The notes under the pieces are model-generated. The model searched no databases. It had not been told where the DNA came from and was given only the letters and a program-made list of their open reading frames with translations. Below are positions 40,399 to 49,753 of a stretch of 64,000 nucleotides of DNA, one piece after another. Where the stretch lies: assembly GCA_963717505.1 (NCBI GenBank), contig OY970342.1, positions 2,400,001-2,464,000 of the forward strand. Direction: 5' to 3'. The stretch is from Candidatus Eiseniibacteriota bacterium. GTDB lineage: Bacteria > Eisenbacteria > RBG-16-71-46. A program made the position numbers and the translations under genes. Position 1 is the first letter of the stretch. Every line of letters begins with the position of its first letter.

Positions 40399-40950
40399 GT
40401 GTCTCCGGAAAAGGACCGTTCCGCCGCCGAACGCGCGGTTGCCGACCTGATCCGCGCGCTCGGCCTGGATTCCAAATCGGAGCCGGAGCTGGCCGAGACT
40501 CCGGCGCGAGTCGCCGACTTCTATGCCGAGGCGTTCGTCGGCCTCGACCCGGCGGCGGAGCCGGATCTGGCCGTGTTCCCCAACACCGGCACCGGGCGAG
40601 AGCTGGTCGAGGTCCGCGACCTCGAGTTTCACTCGCTATGCGTGCACCACTTCGCTCCGTTCTTCGGCGTGGCGCACATCGCGTACCTGCCGGATCGGCA
40701 CCTGATCGGCATCAGCGCTCCGGCCCGGCTGGTCGAGCGCTACTCGCGCCGGCCGCAGCTCCAGGAGCGCATGGGCCAGCAGATTGCCGAACATCTGACG
40801 CGATTGGCGAAGCCGCGGGGTGTGGCGGTCACGCTGGTGGCGCGACATCTGTGCATGGAAATGCGCGGCGTTCGCCGCCGAGGCGACGTGGTGACCCGGG
40901 TGCGCACCGGCGAGCTGGAGAAACCGGAGTGGTCGTCGCTGTTGCCGTGA
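40399..40950 (+). CDS. folE: GTP cyclohydrolase I
   Basis: ETPARVA, SLCVHH..PFFG.AHIAY, RRPQLQER and HLCMEMRG; GGAGG before the GTG start. Confidence 0.88.
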   Translation: MSPEKDRSAAERAVADLIRALGLDSKSEPELAETPARVADFYAEAFVGLDPAAEPDLAVFPNTGTGRELVEVRDLEFHSLCVHHFAPFFGVAHIAYLPDRHLIGISAPARLVERYSRRPQLQERMGQQIAEHLTRLAKPRGVAVTLVARHLCMEMRGVRRRGDVVTRVRTGELEKPEWSSLLP

Positions 40951-40960
40951 CGGCGCGCGC

Positions 40961-41881
40961 ATGGCGGAAGCGCTCGAGCTGCTGATCGTCGGCGCCGGCC
41001 CATCCGGCGTGTCGGCCGCCCTGTGGTCCCGGACCCTCGGGCTTGGCGCGCGACTGCTCGAATCCGGAGTGCGGATCGGTGGCCAGCTGCACCTGATCCA
41101 CTTCCATCCGCTCGAGATCCCCGGGGTCGGTGCCGGCGACGGTCCGGCGATCGCCGCCATCTGCGAGCGACAGCTCGCGGAGGCCGGGATCGAGGTTCGA
41201 ACCGGAAGCCGAGCCGTGCTTCTCGAGCGGGCTCAGGGCCTGGGCTGGCGGGTGCACACTGCGAGCGGCGAGACGCACGACGCGCACGCCGTGCTGGTCG
41301 CGACCGGGCTCAGCCGGCGCCGGCTCGACGTGCCCGGCGAGGTCGAGTTCGACGATCGCGGGGTCTCGTATTCGGCGCGCCGGGATCGCGAGCGCCTCGC
41401 CGGGGGAGACGTGGTCGTGGTCGGCGGCGGCGACGGCGCGTACGAGAACGCGCTCTTGCTCGCCGAGGTGGGATGCCGCGTCACCGTCCTGGTGCGCGAC
41501 GAAGTGCGCGCCCGCCCGATGTTTCGCGAGCGGGTTGCCGCGGAGCCGCGCGTCACCGTGGTGCGCGACGCGCGGGTGGTCGGACTCGAGGGGAGGGAGC
41601 GCCTCGAAGTCGTTCGCTATCAGCGCGAAGGCCGCACGGTCGATCAGCCGGCGACCGCGATCGTGATCAAGATCGGGATGGACCCCAATACCGAATGGTG
41701 CTCCGTTCTGGTGCGCGACCCCGACGGCTACGTCGTCGCCGACGCCCGCGGACGAACGTCGGCGGGCGGTGTTTGGGTTGCCGGCGACGTGGCGCGCCCG
41801 CGCCTGCCGAGTGTCTCGACCGCCCAGGGCTCGGGTGCCGTGGCCGCCGCCGACATTCACGCGGCGCTGCGCATCTTCTAA
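40961..41881 (+). CDS. Thioredoxin-reductase-like NAD(P)/FAD oxidoreductase (no CxxC)
   Basis: GAGPSG, GGQL, VATG, VVGGGDGAYE and AGDV; GVSYSA replaces GVSYCAxCD. Confidence 0.82.
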   Translation: MAEALELLIVGAGPSGVSAALWSRTLGLGARLLESGVRIGGQLHLIHFHPLEIPGVGAGDGPAIAAICERQLAEAGIEVRTGSRAVLLERAQGLGWRVHTASGETHDAHAVLVATGLSRRRLDVPGEVEFDDRGVSYSARRDRERLAGGDVVVVGGGDGAYENALLLAEVGCRVTVLVRDEVRARPMFRERVAAEPRVTVVRDARVVGLEGRERLEVVRYQREGRTVDQPATAIVIKIGMDPNTEWCSVLVRDPDGYVVADARGRTSAGGVWVAGDVARPRLPSVSTAQGSGAVAAADIHAALRIF

Positions 41882-42018
41882 CCCAGGCCACCCCCCGCAG
41901 CCCCATTCCTCAAGGCGGTTTCGCGTTTTGCCGATGACACGCGAGCAGGCTGGCCGCGGCGCGCCCGTAGGGCTTCGCCGCCTTGGGTCGTTTGGCCGGC
42001 CTCGGCGCGGAGAACGGC

Positions 42019-44247
42019 ATGAGACGGCGGTTCCAGACATCGAACGCTACCGGAGGCGAGGAGCGGCTCGCGGCCCCCCGGCCGGGCCGGTCGCTGTCGG
42101 TCTGGTGGGTTGGCGTTCTGGTCGCCATGACCTGTCTGTGGCTCGCCCAACGGGACACGATTTGGCTGCTGCCCGCCGTCCTGGCGGCAGGAGCCCTGGC
42201 GCTGCGCGCTGGGTCTCGCGCGGAATGGCTGTGGTGGGTCCCGGCTGCGGTGGTGGGCGCATCGGTGCTGGAGGTGGTCACGCCGCTCGCTGGAAGCCGG
42301 CGGTGGGGCGACCTGCACCACGTCGAGCTGCTCGCGATCGCGATCGTGGTCGTCGGGCTGGTGCGCGCGATCGCCCGAGAAGAAACGCCGCGTACCCGGA
42401 CCCTGGCCGACCGGCCGTTGGCGGCATTGCTCGGTCTCTACGCCGCGACGCTGCTGATTCCGGGCACCGCGTCCGACCCATGGCGCCTCACCCGCGACGC
42501 GATGACCATGGGGGTCGTCTTCTTCGCGACCGTCGCAATCGCGAACCGCGGCGGGGCGCGCTGGGCCTGGCTCGCGTTCCCGGCGGCGGCAGGACTCGCC
42601 GGGCTCCTCGCGACGTGGGCCGCGTTCAGCGATCCCAAGGGAGTTGCGGGAATCCTCTCCCGCATCGACGCCGCGTGGCGGACCACCGGCGGCGTTTGGT
42701 TCACATTGCTCGTGTCGGTGCCGCTGGGGTTCGGCCTCGCGATGAAGGCCCATCCGCAAGCACTGCGCCACCTGTGCACGGTGCTCGTGAATCTGGGAGT
42801 GATGGGCGCCATTGCCCTGTTCTTCACGGGTGCGCGGCCGGCTGTCGACGTGGCCGTCCCCGACCGTCCGGCGGATCTTGCGCGCTCGGTCCTGCTGGCC
42901 GCCGCACTCGCCGGCCTGGCGGCGCACGCCGAGTGGAACCGGCGGACTCAGCCCGAGCCTTCGCGGTGGCTGGTGCTCGCGGCGATCTTCTCGCTGTCCG
43001 CCGCGGGTGTTCTGGTCGGGCTCCCCCTCGGAGGTCCAGCGGGACTATTGCTCGCGATCGCGGCGGGACTCGTGGTCGGCGTGCCGCAGGAAGCGCCGCG
43101 GGACCAGTCGGTCGCCGTGCCGCAGCCCGTCGAGGCCTCCGGTCCGGTTCCGGTTTCGGTGCGGGCGCAGGCGCCGGCTCCGGCGCCGGCGGGGCTTCCT
43201 GCGACAGCGCCCGCGCGCCCCGCCGCGAATCTAGCGCCGGCGCGTTCCCTGGCAACGCCAGCGCCCGCTCTGGCCGTGCAAGCGCCGGTCCGAGTGCCAG
43301 AATCCGATGCCGTCGCTCCACCCGCCGGAGAGTTTCACCCCCAAACGCTGATCTCGGTGGTCATCGTCGCGCACCGGGCACTCGGCGCCCTCGGCCCGTG
43401 CTTGTCGTCGCTTGCCGCCGCACGCCTGAGCGTGCCGATGGAAGTCGTCGTGGTCGACAACGACTCCTGCGATGGCACGCTCGACTGGATTCGTCGTGAG
43501 CACCCGTGGGTCGGGACAATCGCCAGCTCGACCAACGTCGGCTTCGCCCGCGGGGTCAATCTCGGGGTGACCGAGGCGTGCGGTGATCTGCTGCTCCTGC
43601 TCAACCCGCATTGTGAGGTCAGCGCCGAGGCGCTGGAGGCGATGTGCGAGACGGCGTCGCGCACGCCGGCGCTCGCGGCCGTCGCACCGATGCTGCTCGA
43701 CCACCGCGGCCGGCTGACGCGTTCTTGCGGGCGCTTCCCCGATCTGTGGACGCTGGGTTGCGACCACTTCGGCCTGTCTCGGGTCTTCCCGCGGTCGCGC
43801 TGGTTCGCGAGACACCAGTACGGCGAACGGCCGATCGATTCCCTGGATCAGGTCGATTGGGCTTCGGCGGCCTGCCTGTTGATTCCGCGAGCGGCCTGGG
43901 ACGCAGTCGGCGCGCTCGACGAGAGCATGTTCCTGTACCTGGAAGAGGTCGACTGGTGCCGGCGCGCCGCGCGCACCGGGCGCAACGTCCGGTTCGTTCC
44001 CGCGGCACGCATCGTCCATCACGGCTCGATGTCGTCGAAACCCGTCCCCGGGGATTCCTACCCGAACGATCTGCGCTCCAGCGTTCTCTATTTCCGCAAG
44101 CACTACGGCGGTCCGATGGCTGTCGCCGTCAAAGCAGTCCTGTTGACCAGTCTCGCGATCAAGTGGGGAGTGAGCTCCATGCGGGTGACCTCGCGCCCGC
44201 TCGCCAACCTCTACGCCCGCGGGGTGACCACGGTATGGATGGCATGA
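42019..44247 (+). CDS. Multi-TM membrane domain + Pro/Ala linker + GT2 (WbbL-like) fusion
   Basis: About 10 hydrophobic segments, then VVVVDNDS.DGT, NVGFARGVN.G, LDE.MFLYLEEVDWC and IVHHG. Confidence 0.75.
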   Translation: MRRRFQTSNATGGEERLAAPRPGRSLSVWWVGVLVAMTCLWLAQRDTIWLLPAVLAAGALALRAGSRAEWLWWVPAAVVGASVLEVVTPLAGSRRWGDLHHVELLAIAIVVVGLVRAIAREETPRTRTLADRPLAALLGLYAATLLIPGTASDPWRLTRDAMTMGVVFFATVAIANRGGARWAWLAFPAAAGLAGLLATWAAFSDPKGVAGILSRIDAAWRTTGGVWFTLLVSVPLGFGLAMKAHPQALRHLCTVLVNLGVMGAIALFFTGARPAVDVAVPDRPADLARSVLLAAALAGLAAHAEWNRRTQPEPSRWLVLAAIFSLSAAGVLVGLPLGGPAGLLLAIAAGLVVGVPQEAPRDQSVAVPQPVEASGPVPVSVRAQAPAPAPAGLPATAPARPAANLAPARSLATPAPALAVQAPVRVPESDAVAPPAGEFHPQTLISVVIVAHRALGALGPCLSSLAAARLSVPMEVVVVDNDSCDGTLDWIRREHPWVGTIASSTNVGFARGVNLGVTEACGDLLLLLNPHCEVSAEALEAMCETASRTPALAAVAPMLLDHRGRLTRSCGRFPDLWTLGCDHFGLSRVFPRSRWFARHQYGERPIDSLDQVDWASAACLLIPRAAWDAVGALDESMFLYLEEVDWCRRAARTGRNVRFVPAARIVHHGSMSSKPVPGDSYPNDLRSSVLYFRKHYGGPMAVAVKAVLLTSLAIKWGVSSMRVTSRPLANLYARGVTTVWMA

Positions 44248-45353
44248 TCGGACCTGGCCGGAACGCGCGGTTCGTCGGGAATCTGGTCGCGATCGTGGCG
44301 GCTCTGGTCGCCTCGTGCGTGGGTGTCGCGAATGCAGCGGCGCCTCCACGGGTCCGGCCCGTGCGCGCGGCGCACCTGCTCCACTACATGCCGGCCGAGC
44401 ACCTGGACGTCCTCGCCGCCAACGGCTTCACCCGCGCATTGATCCTGGTTCATGCCGATTCGCTGCGCGAGCACGATGTGGTTCAGCTGAGGACGTTGGA
44501 CGAACGCGCCCGCGTCTATGGGATGGAACTCGCCCCACAGTTCCAGCTCGAAGCTCCTTCGCGGTTGCAGTCCCGTCCCGAGGACCGCCGTTACACCTGG
44601 GGACGCGACCAGGTCGAGCCGGTCGCCTGCCCCATGGATTCGGTCTGGTGGGCCGATGCCCTGTTGGTGCGCGCCGGGGAGTTCCTGCGCGCGGCACCGG
44701 GCACCATGCGCCTGGCGCTGGACCTGGAGCTGCGCCACGGCCAACGCCAGCACTACGATGCCGGACCCTGCCGCTGCCCGCACTGCCTGCGCGAATACCG
44801 CCCAAACGCGCGCTCGGAGCAACGGGTCCACACCTCTCAGTCGGGGTTGCGCGCGTTCCAGGAGCGGCGGCTCGAGCGGATGCTCGCATCGATCCTGGCC
44901 GACTTCGCCCATCGGCACCCGGGCGTCGAGCTGGGTGTGTACGACCTGGACCTGGATGTGCCGGTCCATCGGGCTCTGGTGCGGGCGCTGGCTCGCGGCC
45001 TGATTCCGGTCGCCGACTACTGCACGCGCTCCTACGAATCCGGCGGCGGTTCCCTGAACCGTGTGCGCGATCGCCTGCATTCCCTGGGAATCGAGCCGGT
45101 GAGCGTGATGGGCGGACTGTGGCTCAAACGGCTCAAGCCGGCGGCCCTCGAGCCCGCGGTCGCCTCGGTGCTGGATCGGGCCGACGGCTACTTCGTGTAC
45201 TCGACCTACAGCCTGTGGCGGGAGCCGCATCAGCTCGTGGGGCCCTACACGCTGCTCGGCGATCAGGACGAGTACTGGTCCGCGCTGCGGCACGCGAACG
45301 GCCCGGCGAGATTTGGTAAGCCACCCATCGCCATCCAGGCCGCGCCCCGCTGA
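44244..45353 (+). CDS. Exported hypothetical protein, possibly a GH-like TIM barrel
   Basis: Signal peptide; ACP.D..WW; LDLE; CRCPHC; DGYFVYS; ATGA overlap with upstream gene. Confidence 0.55.
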   Translation: MIGPGRNARFVGNLVAIVAALVASCVGVANAAAPPRVRPVRAAHLLHYMPAEHLDVLAANGFTRALILVHADSLREHDVVQLRTLDERARVYGMELAPQFQLEAPSRLQSRPEDRRYTWGRDQVEPVACPMDSVWWADALLVRAGEFLRAAPGTMRLALDLELRHGQRQHYDAGPCRCPHCLREYRPNARSEQRVHTSQSGLRAFQERRLERMLASILADFAHRHPGVELGVYDLDLDVPVHRALVRALARGLIPVADYCTRSYESGGGSLNRVRDRLHSLGIEPVSVMGGLWLKRLKPAALEPAVASVLDRADGYFVYSTYSLWREPHQLVGPYTLLGDQDEYWSALRHANGPARFGKPPIAIQAAPR

Positions 45354-45445
45354 TCGAAGTCGCAGGGTCTTCAATACCACTGGGCATTCATATCCTGGAT
45401 TCACATTGCATCTTGCAGTGTGTTCCGGGGACTTGATACTCTCGT

Positions 45446-45654
45446 CGTACGTTGGACGGCCTGAACACCGTGCACCCGCATCGGCACGGTGCCCCGGGTC
45501 GCCGCGGCGGCGAAATGCAGTTCAGGTCCCCAGCGCGCCGCCCCTTGCCGCGCGTTGGCCCGCAACATGGATTCCCGCCGCCGCGGCCGAGTGGCTCGGA
45601 ACGCGCTGGCCGATCCCCTTCGGGCCGGCTCGGACTCGGGCCGCTCGTCTTTTT
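45446..45654 (+). ncRNA. Candidate ~200-nt rod-shaped small RNA (6S-like architecture)
   Basis: Nested stems including a perfect 12-bp 45501-45512/45576-45587 pair; upstream TTGCAG-N16-GATACT; TTTTT at 45650-45654. Confidence 0.4.
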
Positions 45655-45669
45655 GGCCTGCTCGCGGCC

Positions 45670-45689
45670 CGCGCTCCTCGAGGAGCGCG
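45670..45689. terminator. Perfect 20-bp palindrome at the 3' end of the SPFH gene
   Basis: CGCGCTCCTCGAGGAGCGCG. Confidence 0.45.
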
Positions 45690-45703
45690 ACGGCAGGCGT
45701 GAG

Positions 45704-46579
45704 CTAGCGCTTGAGCGGTACCACCGACTTGTCGTCGAGCCCGAGCACGTTCACCAGCTCCGAGCCCGCCGGCACGATGAACTTGGTCTGATTGGCCAGA
45801 ACGTGGTTGGCGACGTCGAGCCGCTTGCTGATCTCGGCCCGCTCCTTGAAGAACTGCTCGGTGGCGTTCGACACCAGCTCGATCGCCTGCGCTTCGGCCT
45901 TGGCTCGGAGCACGCGCGCCTGAGCGTCGCCCTCGGCTTTGAGGATCTCGGATTGCCGGGCGCCCTCGGCCTCGAGGATCTGCGACTGCTTGACCCCTTC
46001 GGCTTCCAGAATGTTCGCGCGCTTGTCGCGTTCGGCCTTCATCTGCCGCGACATCGCTTCGGTGATGTCCGCCGGCGGCTCGATCTTCTGCACCTCGACG
46101 CGCGTCACCTTGACGCCCCACGTGTTCGTGGCTTCGTCGAGCACCGCCCGCAGGTTTGCGTTGATCATGTCGCGCGCGGTCAGCGTTTCGTCGAGCGACT
46201 TGTCGCCGATCAGATTGCGCAGATTGGTCTGCGCGAGTGTCGTGGCGGCGTAGGCGAAGTTCTGGACTTCGAACGTCGCCTTCACCGGATCGCTGATCCG
46301 GTAGTAGATGACCGCATCGACCGTGACCAGGACATTGTCCTTGGTGATGACCTTCTGCGGCTCGACGTTGATCACGCGCTCGCGCATGTCGACCTTGACC
46401 ATGTCCTCGATCACCGGCACCAGGAACGTGAGGCCCGAGTCGACGGTGGCGCGGTAACGCCCGAGCCGCAGGACCAGCCCCTTCTCGTACTGGGCGACGA
46501 TCCGGGCGGAGCGCGCCAGCGAGACCAGCGCGATGAACAGCACGATGACGAGCAGCACGAATCCCAGCTGACCGATCAT
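45704..46579 (-). CDS. SPFH/stomatin (QmcA-like) protein
   Basis: [34 protein letters not shown] and MKAERDKRA. Confidence 0.92.
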   Translation of the reverse strand: MIGQLGFVLLVIVLFIALVSLARSARIVAQYEKGLVLRLGRYRATVDSGLTFLVPVIEDMVKVDMRERVINVEPQKVITKDNVLVTVDAVIYYRISDPVKATFEVQNFAYAATTLAQTNLRNLIGDKSLDETLTARDMINANLRAVLDEATNTWGVKVTRVEVQKIEPPADITEAMSRQMKAERDKRANILEAEGVKQSQILEAEGARQSEILKAEGDAQARVLRAKAEAQAIELVSNATEQFFKERAEISKRLDVANHVLANQTKFIVPAGSELVNVLGLDDKSVVPLKR

Positions 46580-46581
46580 GG

Positions 46582-47019
46582 CTACCTCACCTGCAGGGTG
46601 ACGCCGTCCACCGCTTGCACGGTGACCACGGTGCCGGGCTCGAAGGGGCCGGCGCCCGCGACGGGCACCGCCCGCCAAACCTCGTCCCGCACGCGCACCT
46701 GGCCGGGCTCGTGGGCCGCGACCCGCAAGTCGACCCGCGCCTCCTGCCCGATCAGGGCATCGGTGTTGCTCGGCGTCGGCCGATGGCGGATCGCGCGGCG
46801 CACCCAATGGCGGCCCACCGCGATGTAGACGACGCACAGCACGCTTGCCACGATCATGCCGACCGGGGCGCTGCCGGCCATCATGCCGATGCCGCCGCCC
46901 AGGACGAACGAAGAACCGATCAGCACCAGGTCGAAGCCGGCGAAACCGCCAAGGGCCACCTCGACCAGGACCAAGAGCGCACCGAGGACGACCAGAACCC
47001 AGTTCCACTGGACCGACAT
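46582..47019 (-). CDS. NfeD-like protein
   Basis: 3 TM segments plus OB-fold ([25 protein letters not shown]); upstream of SPFH. Confidence 0.88.
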   Translation of the reverse strand: MSVQWNWVLVVLGALLVLVEVALGGFAGFDLVLIGSSFVLGGGIGMMAGSAPVGMIVASVLCVVYIAVGRHWVRRAIRHRPTPSNTDALIGQEARVDLRVAAHEPGQVRVRDEVWRAVPVAGAGPFEPGTVVTVQAVDGVTLQVR

Positions 47020-47186
47020 GGGGTACCTCCTGCGCGCACCGCGCGCGGGCGCGGACGATAGCATTTCCGTGCGCGCCGTGGAGCCCCGGCGACCGCCTCA
47101 AGCGCGTCCGGTTTTTGGCCGAAAACGATGGAGCCCCCCCGGCCGCCGCTTGCCTCTTTCCCGGGGATCCTGACCAAGGAGTGGAC

Positions 47187-47876
47187 ATGATTCGAAGGGA
47201 ACTTCGGCGTCGATCGACCCAACTCGCGCTACTGGCGCTGGCGGTCTTGGCGGCCATGGCGGGGTGCTCTGCCCCAGTGCGCCAGCAGGCCAAGGCCCCC
47301 GGCCAGAACACCCGGGCGGTGCCCAAGTCCAAGACGGCGCGTCAGCCGACCGCCGTGATTCGCGGAACCCTGGGACTGACCGCGACGGCCATGGCCCCGT
47401 ACATCAACTTCGAGGAATCGGTGGTCTTCGTGGCTGCCGCCCCGAAGTCGCCCGCACATCCCGAGCGGGTCGTGGTCGGGCAGACCACGAAAGCTTTCAC
47501 GCCTCGCGTGAGCGTGGTGGCGATCGGAGACACGGTCGTGTTCGAGAATCGCGATCACATCTACCACAGCGTGTTCAGCGTCTCGCCTGCGCGTCGCTTC
47601 GAAATCGGGAGCTATGGGCCAGGTAACAGGCGTAAGGTCGGCTTCGATCGCGAGGGCAACGTCCGGGTCTTCTGTGACATGCACTCGGCGACCTCGGGCT
47701 ACATCTACGTGGTTCCGAGTCGGGTCGCGGTGCGCCCGACCCCGGCGGGGAAGTGGTCTCTACCGCCGTTGCCGCTGGGGCGCTACCAGATTCGTGCCTG
47801 GCATCCGGACCTGGGCGAGCGCCAGTGGACGATCGATCTCACCTCAAAGGGGCTGACCAAGGAACTGAGGTTCTGA
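47187..47876 (+). CDS. Cupredoxin-like (MauL-like) lipoprotein with carboxypeptidase-regulatory-like C-domain
   Basis: Lipobox MAGC; FTPRV..V..GDTVVF.N.D...HSVFS; FCDMH; G.Y.IRAWHP. Confidence 0.7.
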   Translation: MIRRELRRRSTQLALLALAVLAAMAGCSAPVRQQAKAPGQNTRAVPKSKTARQPTAVIRGTLGLTATAMAPYINFEESVVFVAAAPKSPAHPERVVVGQTTKAFTPRVSVVAIGDTVVFENRDHIYHSVFSVSPARRFEIGSYGPGNRRKVGFDREGNVRVFCDMHSATSGYIYVVPSRVAVRPTPAGKWSLPPLPLGRYQIRAWHPDLGERQWTIDLTSKGLTKELRF

Positions 47877-47879
47877 GTC

Positions 47880-49676
47880 GTGCGCTTCCCGCTCCGCTCG
47901 CGCATCCTGGTGCTGGCGGTGATTTCGCCGTTGATCATGGCCGCCGGCACCGTATGGCACATCCATCACACGATGGTCAGCCAGGTGAAGCGGGAAGCCA
48001 CCTATTCCCTGGTTCGTGCCTCGCTCGTGCTCGACCACATGCTGAGCGAACGCCGTCGCGGGCTCACCGAGGCCGGCGCGGTCATCGCCCGCGACCCCCG
48101 CTTCTATGCGGCGGTCGCGCTGCCCGGAGGCACCAGCGATCCCGAGGTGAAGGCCACGCTGAAGTTGGTGGCTGCGGAGTTCTCATCCGTCACCCGCGCG
48201 ACCCTGTTCGACGTGCTCGACCGCGAGGGCACGCTCCTCGTCTCGGCACGATCGACGTCGTCCTCCCGTGAAGGGCGGAAGTGGCTGATCCCGCACATCG
48301 TCGGTGGCCGCGCCGCGACCGGGTTCCTGGTCGAGCCCGGGGGTCAGTACCTGGTGGCCGTGACGCCGGTGGTGGTCGATCGCCGCGTGGTCGGCTCGCT
48401 GTTGCTGGGCGACGCGCTCGGGTCCGGACTGGCCGGCGAACTCAAGGTCCTGACCCGCAGCGACGTGACGTTCTTTCGGGACCACGAGGTCACCGGCTCC
48501 ACGCTCGACCACCCGCAAAGCAGCGCGGTGCTCCAGAAAGTGGAACTGGGCCGCGACCTGCCGGTATCGCCGTTCGACGTGCGCTCGGGCGGGGACATCC
48601 TCTTGACCCTCATTCGAGGTCTGCCCGGCGCCGGATCCGAGTACCGGCAGTGGGTGGTACTGCAGCGTTCGCTGGCCGCCGAGACCGTGACGCTGGCCCG
48701 CACCCAGCTCGCGGTTCTGGTGCTCGCCCTCGCCGTGATTGCGATCGCGCTCGCCTTCGGAGTGATGACCGCCAAGCGACTGACTTCGCCTCTGATGCAG
48801 CTGGTGCGCGGCGCCGAGGAGATCGAGAGCGGCAACTACGATCACTCGATCGACATTCGCGGCGACGACGAGTTCGGCTACCTGGCGGCCCGCTTCAACG
48901 CCATGCGCCGGCGGGAGCGCGACTACGTGGCGAGCCTCGAGGAGGCCGCGAGATTGAAGAGCGAGTTCGTCAGCGTCGCCTCGCACGAGCTGCGCACGCC
49001 GATCACGGTGATCCAGGGCTATCACGACCTGTTCCGGCTGGGGACGCTCGGTCCGATGACCGAGGCGCAGCACCAGGCGCTGTCGGCGATGGAGGAGTCG
49101 CTGGCCGGGCTGCTGAGAATCGCCGAGAACGCCGAACGCATGGCGCAGATCGAAGGGGAACGATTGGCGCTGCAGCGGGAGGACAGCGATCTGGCGAGGA
49201 TCATCGGCGAGGCCGTGTCACAGGCGGTGGCCGATGCGCCCGGACGGCGTCTCGAGATCGAGACCGACGTGCCCGAGAACCTGCCCGACTATCACATCGA
49301 CGGAGCGAGGATCCGCCAGGTCCTGGAGAACCTGGTGTGCAACGCGATTCGATTCACACCCGACGGCGGCCAGATCCTGGTGCGCGCGTGGGAGGAGGGT
49401 CCCGGCTTCGCGGTCGAGGTGTGCGACACCGGCATCGGCATCCCCGAGGACAAGCTCGCGCGGCTGTTCGATCGTTCGTTCTCGGTGCGCGAATCGCTCC
49501 AGCACCATTCTTCGACGGTTCTCGACTTCAACTCCGCGGGACTCGGCCTCGGGCTGGGGATCGCACGCGGCATCGTCGAGGCCCACGACGGCACGATTGC
49601 CGTGCGCAGCACCGCGCGCCAGGGAACGACCTTCACGATTCGGATTCCGGGCTGGGCCAAGCCGATGGCGGCCTGA
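47880..49676 (+). CDS. Sensor histidine kinase (Cache-like, HAMP, HisKA, HATPase)
   Basis: Two TM segments; DEFG.LA..FN.M; SHELRTP; NAIRFT; DTGIGI; GLGLG. Confidence 0.92.
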   Translation: MRFPLRSRILVLAVISPLIMAAGTVWHIHHTMVSQVKREATYSLVRASLVLDHMLSERRRGLTEAGAVIARDPRFYAAVALPGGTSDPEVKATLKLVAAEFSSVTRATLFDVLDREGTLLVSARSTSSSREGRKWLIPHIVGGRAATGFLVEPGGQYLVAVTPVVVDRRVVGSLLLGDALGSGLAGELKVLTRSDVTFFRDHEVTGSTLDHPQSSAVLQKVELGRDLPVSPFDVRSGGDILLTLIRGLPGAGSEYRQWVVLQRSLAAETVTLARTQLAVLVLALAVIAIALAFGVMTAKRLTSPLMQLVRGAEEIESGNYDHSIDIRGDDEFGYLAARFNAMRRRERDYVASLEEAARLKSEFVSVASHELRTPITVIQGYHDLFRLGTLGPMTEAQHQALSAMEESLAGLLRIAENAERMAQIEGERLALQREDSDLARIIGEAVSQAVADAPGRRLEIETDVPENLPDYHIDGARIRQVLENLVCNAIRFTPDGGQILVRAWEEGPGFAVEVCDTGIGIPEDKLARLFDRSFSVRESLQHHSSTVLDFNSAGLGLGLGIARGIVEAHDGTIAVRSTARQGTTFTIRIPGWAKPMAA

Positions 49677-49753
49677 CGCCCGATCGAACCGCCGGGCGTG
49701 CCTTCGCGGCCGGCCGCGTTGCCCGGTCCCGTGCCAGCCGCTAACGTGCCGCG

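Noticed and set aside
40243-41900. tRNA-Gly as an island integration site
   Set aside because: No integrase or repeated tRNA 3' end seen; housekeeping genes follow.
45515-45535. TCAGGTCC as SRP RNA helix 8
   Set aside because: Lacks the following GGAAGGAAGCAG motif.
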